Shown here piece by piece: positions 59,939 through 64,000 of a DNA stretch of 64,000 nucleotides. Each line of letters begins with the position of its first letter. Position 1 is the stretch's first letter. A program made the position numbers and the translations under genes. The notes beneath the pieces were generated by a model that did no database searches, was not told the DNA's origin, and saw only the letters and a list, made by a program, of their open reading frames with translations. The stretch is from an uncultured Gemmatimonadales bacterium (GTDB lineage: Bacteria; Gemmatimonadota; Gemmatimonadetes; Gemmatimonadales; GWC2-71-9), in assembly GCA_963728915.1 (NCBI GenBank), contig CAVSLV010000001.1, forward strand, positions 896,001 through 960,000, read 5' to 3'.

Positions 59939-61822
59939 CTAGTTCCTGAATTCCCAGCGCACTGCGAAGGTGCTCGCGAAACCGGGGATCAGCAGCCCCG
60001 GCACGTGGGCCACATTCTGATTGCCCTGCATGTTGTAGCGGTCGTAGTAGGCCATGAACGAGCCCAACTGGAGCCCGATATACCCGCGGTAGTAGGTAAC
60101 GGCCGGAAGGTTGATGGCAACGCTGTCGGCGGTCCGGCCCAGCACGCCGGCGCCCCATCGCTCCATGCTGACCTGGAGCTTCAGGTTGAAGATCCCGCTT
60201 CGGAAGGTGGGAAGGAACTTGCTTTGTATCGTCGCGGCGACCATCGCGTGACTCGGCGGCTGGCCCTCGGGGGAATAGCGCACCGGATTGCTGAACCAGC
60301 CGCTCACCGAGAACCACTGCCGAGGGGAGATGCGTCCCGACGCGGTGACCCAATCGGTCCGGGTCAGCAGGTCGGACGGAGCGATGAAGGAGATGGTGGG
60401 GTACTGATCGTAGGTTGCCGGATCGAATTTCGCGTTGGTCACGAAAGCGCCTTCGAGATCCACCAGGCTGTTCCGCCAGGACAGCATCACACTCCGGTCA
60501 TCGACATGCTGGGCGGTGTCGGTCCGGATGGCCGGATGGTAGACCTGGTCTCCATAGCGCCAGACCGCGCTGGCGGTGAAGCCCAGCGGAAGAGTGAGCC
60601 CACCCCGTGCCGTTATCCACCGGCTCGAGCGGCTCTCCGCGTGATGCGCGAGGACTCCCTCGATGCTCGCCGTCAAAAAGCGAACCGGCGCGAGCGAGCC
60701 CCGCGCCCGGACTTCGAAGGGAGTCCATCCCGAACGCAGGAAGGTGCTGCCCATGAGCTCCGCGGCCGCGGCCCGATAGCCGAGCACCACCCCGGCCTGG
60801 TCCAGGCTCCGGTGATACTTCTCGAACGTGTAGGTCGTATCGAGCGCGGTCTGATTCCCGCTCGCGTCCAGGACCGGAGTTTCCACCAGCACCGAATCGC
60901 CGCGCACCTCGTCCACCCACTGGGTATGGCTGAGAAGAAGGTTCGCCTGCAGTCCGAGCGACCCCTTCGAGGCCAGGTAGACCCGGCCGGTCAGGTCTCG
61001 ACGGCGTCCATGGCGAACCGCGCTGAGGGTGTCCCCGGTCGCTTCGTCGAGGACCGGGTCCCGGTTCGCGCTCATTTGCCAGAACTGCACCTCGAATCCC
61101 GCCGTGGGAGAACGGGCATAGCTGAGACGGATGATCCCCTGGGTGTTGGTGTAGCCCCCTCCTCCGGTTTCGACCGGAACCCCGAAGTGATCGAACGCGA
61201 CCGCAAACCCGGGCCCGCGCACGCTGCGCTTCTCGAGCTCGCCCTGGTATCGCTCGACGCGGAGGTCCCCGCTCGCAATGCCGATGCGGCTGTACGGGGC
61301 TACCCGGTCGTTCCGGTGGGTGAAGAGCCACACCCGGAGCTGGCCCGGCATCCGCTCGATTTCGACCCGGTCGATCATGCTGAGCGGGAGCAGCGATGGG
61401 TCGACCATCACGGTATCGCCCGCCACGGGCTGGTAGGGAATGCCGTCGACGAGGTACTCCACCGAGGCTGCGCCGTGCGCCTGGTAATTGGGAAGCTCCG
61501 GCCGACCCAGCCACCCTCCTCGAAGCAGGAACACACCGGGAACCTTGGTGAGAAGCTCGCTGACCGTCTCGGCGCCGGACCAGAGGATCGAGTCCCGGTC
61601 GAAGATGATCCGGCTATCTCCCGGCAGGAGGGTGCCCGCGCCGACCCTGGGCGGGGCTGGCGCCGGGCGTCGAGCTTCCTGTTGCGACCGAAGAAAGAGC
61701 GCGGTGTAATCGGTGGTGTCGGCCCGCAGGGTATCGACCCGAGTCAGGGTGTCTACGACCTGCGCACCCGCCAGCGCGGGCGAGAGCCCGAGCAGGATGG
61801 CTGCGAAAACCGCCCGGGTCAC
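59939..61822 (-). CDS. Outer-membrane protein with a TonB-dependent-receptor plug-like domain
   Basis: Signal peptide, ELLTKVPG, YLVDGIP, IDRVEI, amphipathic beta-strands and C-terminal WEFRN. Confidence 0.72.
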   Translation of the reverse strand: MTRAVFAAILLGLSPALAGAQVVDTLTRVDTLRADTTDYTALFLRSQQEARRPAPAPPRVGAGTLLPGDSRIIFDRDSILWSGAETVSELLTKVPGVFLLRGGWLGRPELPNYQAHGAASVEYLVDGIPYQPVAGDTVMVDPSLLPLSMIDRVEIERMPGQLRVWLFTHRNDRVAPYSRIGIASGDLRVERYQGELEKRSVRGPGFAVAFDHFGVPVETGGGGYTNTQGIIRLSYARSPTAGFEVQFWQMSANRDPVLDEATGDTLSAVRHGRRRDLTGRVYLASKGSLGLQANLLLSHTQWVDEVRGDSVLVETPVLDASGNQTALDTTYTFEKYHRSLDQAGVVLGYRAAAAELMGSTFLRSGWTPFEVRARGSLAPVRFLTASIEGVLAHHAESRSSRWITARGGLTLPLGFTASAVWRYGDQVYHPAIRTDTAQHVDDRSVMLSWRNSLVDLEGAFVTNAKFDPATYDQYPTISFIAPSDLLTRTDWVTASGRISPRQWFSVSGWFSNPVRYSPEGQPPSHAMVAATIQSKFLPTFRSGIFNLKLQVSMERWGAGVLGRTADSVAINLPAVTYYRGYIGLQLGSFMAYYDRYNMQGNQNVAHVPGLLIPGFASTFAVRWEFRN

Positions 61823-63303
61823 GCGCGAGCGAGCAGGAATTCGCTGAGGAGACGGACTCCCATTCCGGTCGGCCCTTTGACCGTGGAGGGATCCTCCCGA
61901 TCGCTGTAGGCCGTTGCGGCGATGTCCAGATGGGCCCACGGATATCCTTCGACGAATTCGCGGAGGAACCATCCGGCGGTGATGCTGCCCGCCGAGCGGC
62001 CGCCCGAATTCTTGACGTCGGCGATGTCGGATTTGTTGAGCTCCTTGTATTCGTCCCACAGCGGGAGCTCCCAGACCCGCTCGTCGGCGCGCTGACCCGC
62101 CTCGATCACTCCGCGGATCAGCGCCGGGTCGGTTCCCATCAGTCCAGCCGCGAACGGGCCAAGCGCGATGCTGATGGCGCCGGTGAGGGTCGCCAGATCG
62201 ATCGCACACGCGGGGGAGTAGCGCCGCGCATACGAAAGCGCATCGGCGAGCAGCAGCCTCCCTTCGGCGTCGGTATTGACGATCTCGATGGTCTTGCCGA
62301 GGTGACTCTTCACCACGTCTCCGGGACGGGCTGCGCTGGCGGAAGGCATGTTCTCCGCCGAAGGGATCAAGCCCACCACGTGGAGGTTGGGTCGAAGCTT
62401 GCCCAGCATCTCGAACGCGCCCAGCACGGCTGCGGCGCCCGACATGTCGTACTTCATGTCCTCCATGTTCTGCGCCGGCTTGATGGAAATGCCGCCGCTG
62501 TCGAAGGACACGCCCTTGCCCACCAGCACGACCGGGGGGCCCTCGCCACCCTGGTATTCGAGCGCGATGAAACGGGGCTCTTCCGCGCTCCCCTGCGCCA
62601 CCGCCAGCAGCGCCCCCATTCCCTCGCGCTCGATGGCGGCTCGATCCAGAACGGTGATCTTGTGGCCCCCTCGCTGGGCCACATCCTGGGCGGCCTCGGC
62701 GATCCGACGGGGGGGAAGATGATTGCCCGGAAGAATCTGCAGCCGGCGACAGAAGGTCTGGCCGGCCGCGATCGCCACCCCAACCTGGTGACCTTCGCGA
62801 TAGGCCGTTGCATCACCCGGCGCCAGAATATCGACGCCGGCGAGCTCGGGCTTCTGCTCTTCGGAGGGACGCTTGAAGTCGGGGAAATGCCAGGCGCCCT
62901 TGGCAACGCCCTCCGCCAGAAGCTGACCCGCATCCCGCGGGGAAACGGTTCCACGGCCCTCGGGAGTCAGGAAGATCGCCGCCCGGACCACTCCCAGCAG
63001 ACGGGCTCGCTTGGCCCCAACTGCCGCGGCCCGGCGAATCGCGGCGGGCGGATGATCCGGCTTCCCCATTCCCACCAGCAGCATCCGCGACGCCGGCGCC
63101 TCCTTGGAGGGATAGAGCAACGCGGTCTCATCCCGTTTGCCGGAGAAATCGCCCGCGGCGTAACACCGCCCCATGGCTCCGCCGGCGGCCTTATCGACCG
63201 AATCGAGGCTCGCAGGGCGATTCCCCGATGGCACCAACAGGACGAGTACGGGAGCGGAGTGGGTCTCGGGTCCCGCGTCGAGAATCTGGGTTTCGAGGCT
63301 CAT
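61819..63303 (-). CDS. pepA: Leucyl aminopeptidase (M17)
   Basis: GKGVSFDSGG, MKYDM, NTDAEGRL, ATLTG, HLDIA. Confidence 0.96.
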   Translation of the reverse strand: MSLETQILDAGPETHSAPVLVLLVPSGNRPASLDSVDKAAGGAMGRCYAAGDFSGKRDETALLYPSKEAPASRMLLVGMGKPDHPPAAIRRAAAVGAKRARLLGVVRAAIFLTPEGRGTVSPRDAGQLLAEGVAKGAWHFPDFKRPSEEQKPELAGVDILAPGDATAYREGHQVGVAIAAGQTFCRRLQILPGNHLPPRRIAEAAQDVAQRGGHKITVLDRAAIEREGMGALLAVAQGSAEEPRFIALEYQGGEGPPVVLVGKGVSFDSGGISIKPAQNMEDMKYDMSGAAAVLGAFEMLGKLRPNLHVVGLIPSAENMPSASAARPGDVVKSHLGKTIEIVNTDAEGRLLLADALSYARRYSPACAIDLATLTGAISIALGPFAAGLMGTDPALIRGVIEAGQRADERVWELPLWDEYKELNKSDIADVKNSGGRSAGSITAGWFLREFVEGYPWAHLDIAATAYSDREDPSTVKGPTGMGVRLLSEFLLARA

Positions 63304-63435
63304 GGGGAGAGGGGTGGGAGCGTTCCGAGTCATCCGCGATGCAATAAGGTACACCCTCACGTTCCCGGAAGGGATTCCCTCAGGGCGTCGAGCGTTTCAT
63401 TTTAGGTTCAGCACCTTTTACAGGCCTAGGTTCTC

Positions 63436-64000
63436 GTGCGCTTGCTGCGAGCTGCCGTCGTGCTCTTCCTCGTCGCCGGATGCGGAGGCTCCTCCGAGCC
63501 CACCCCGCCGCCGGCGCCACCACCGCCACCACCGCCGCCGCCAGCACCTGCGCCGGTGGGAAGCGTCCTCCTTTCGCCGACCAGTGCGACGCTGGTGCCG
63601 CAGCAGACCCTCCCCATCGCAGCCACCGTGCTGGATGCGACCGGGAGCCTGCTCACCGGACGGACCGTGACGTGGAGCTCCAGCGCGGCGGCCGTCGCGA
63701 GCGTGAGCAGCAGCGGCCTGGTTACAGCGCTCACAGCGGGCACGGCGCCGATCATCGCCACCAGCGAAGGGAAGAGCAGCACCGCGACGATCACGGTGAA
63801 TGACGGTCTCTTCGTCGGTCCCGCGGGAGGCCAGACGACCGCAGGCTCGGGAAGCGTTACCCTCACTATCCCTCCCCAGGCCCTCACCACGAATACCGCG
63901 ATCGGGATCGCGTTCTTCGCCGCTCCGCCCGATCCGAAATTCGTTTCCGGCACGGCGTACCAATTCGGTCCGGATGGAACCCAGTTCGCCCAGCCGGTGA
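63436..64000 (+). CDS. Lipoprotein with Pro-rich linker, Big_2 Ig-like domain and ZU5-like segment (partial)
   Basis: Not in the ORF track because it runs off the end. Manual translation: MRLLRAAVVLFLVAGC lipobox, poly-Pro, GRTVTWSSS...VASV...GLVTA, FGPDGTQFAQPV. Confidence 0.8.
   Translation, partial: MRLLRAAVVLFLVAGCGGSSEPTPPPAPPPPPPPPPAPAPVGSVLLSPTSATLVPQQTLPIAATVLDATGSLLTGRTVTWSSSAAAVASVSSSGLVTALTAGTAPIIATSEGKSSTATITVNDGLFVGPAGGQTTAGSGSVTLTIPPQALTTNTAIGIAFFAAPPDPKFVSGTAYQFGPDGTQFAQPV

Noticed and set aside
63500..63556. CCG/CCA trinucleotide tract
   Set aside because: Ordinary poly-proline linker after a lipobox.

Overview
High-GC, gene-dense core-genome segment with about 69 CDS, all but three on the minus strand. 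Gene content, order and protein style suggest Gemmatimonadota (inference). It holds these clusters: glycosyltransferases-rpoN-lptBAC-kdsA-pyrG-kdsB; xerD-ispF-mqnCAE (futalosine menaquinone pathway); fab-plsX-rpmF-yceD; ndk-sucDC; UPF0182-PMM; a complete nuoA-N operon; dcd, mdh, trmL, moaAED, HU, carA, secG; tpiA-pgk-gap; comF-aroE-PTP-tsaC-ispD-radA-dnaB-UDG-rpoZ-gmk-yicC; a TonB-plug outer-membrane protein, pepA and a partial Ig-domain lipoprotein. I found no rRNA, tRNA, CRISPR array, transposase or prophage. The most unusual signal is sub-genic: three families of short tandem repeats dispersed at gene junctions. (1) An octamer GGCGGAC(C/A) forms 5 arrays; four begin exactly 5 nt after a TGA, and several are translated in frame into housekeeping proteins. 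(2) A nonamer forms a ~125-bp palindrome inside UDG. (3) C-rich heptamers sit directly before SD-less start codons. Also seen: two single-base frameshifts (GT4, nuoB; probably sequencing errors), three genes apparently lacking a canonical start codon, and several probable leaderless promoters.
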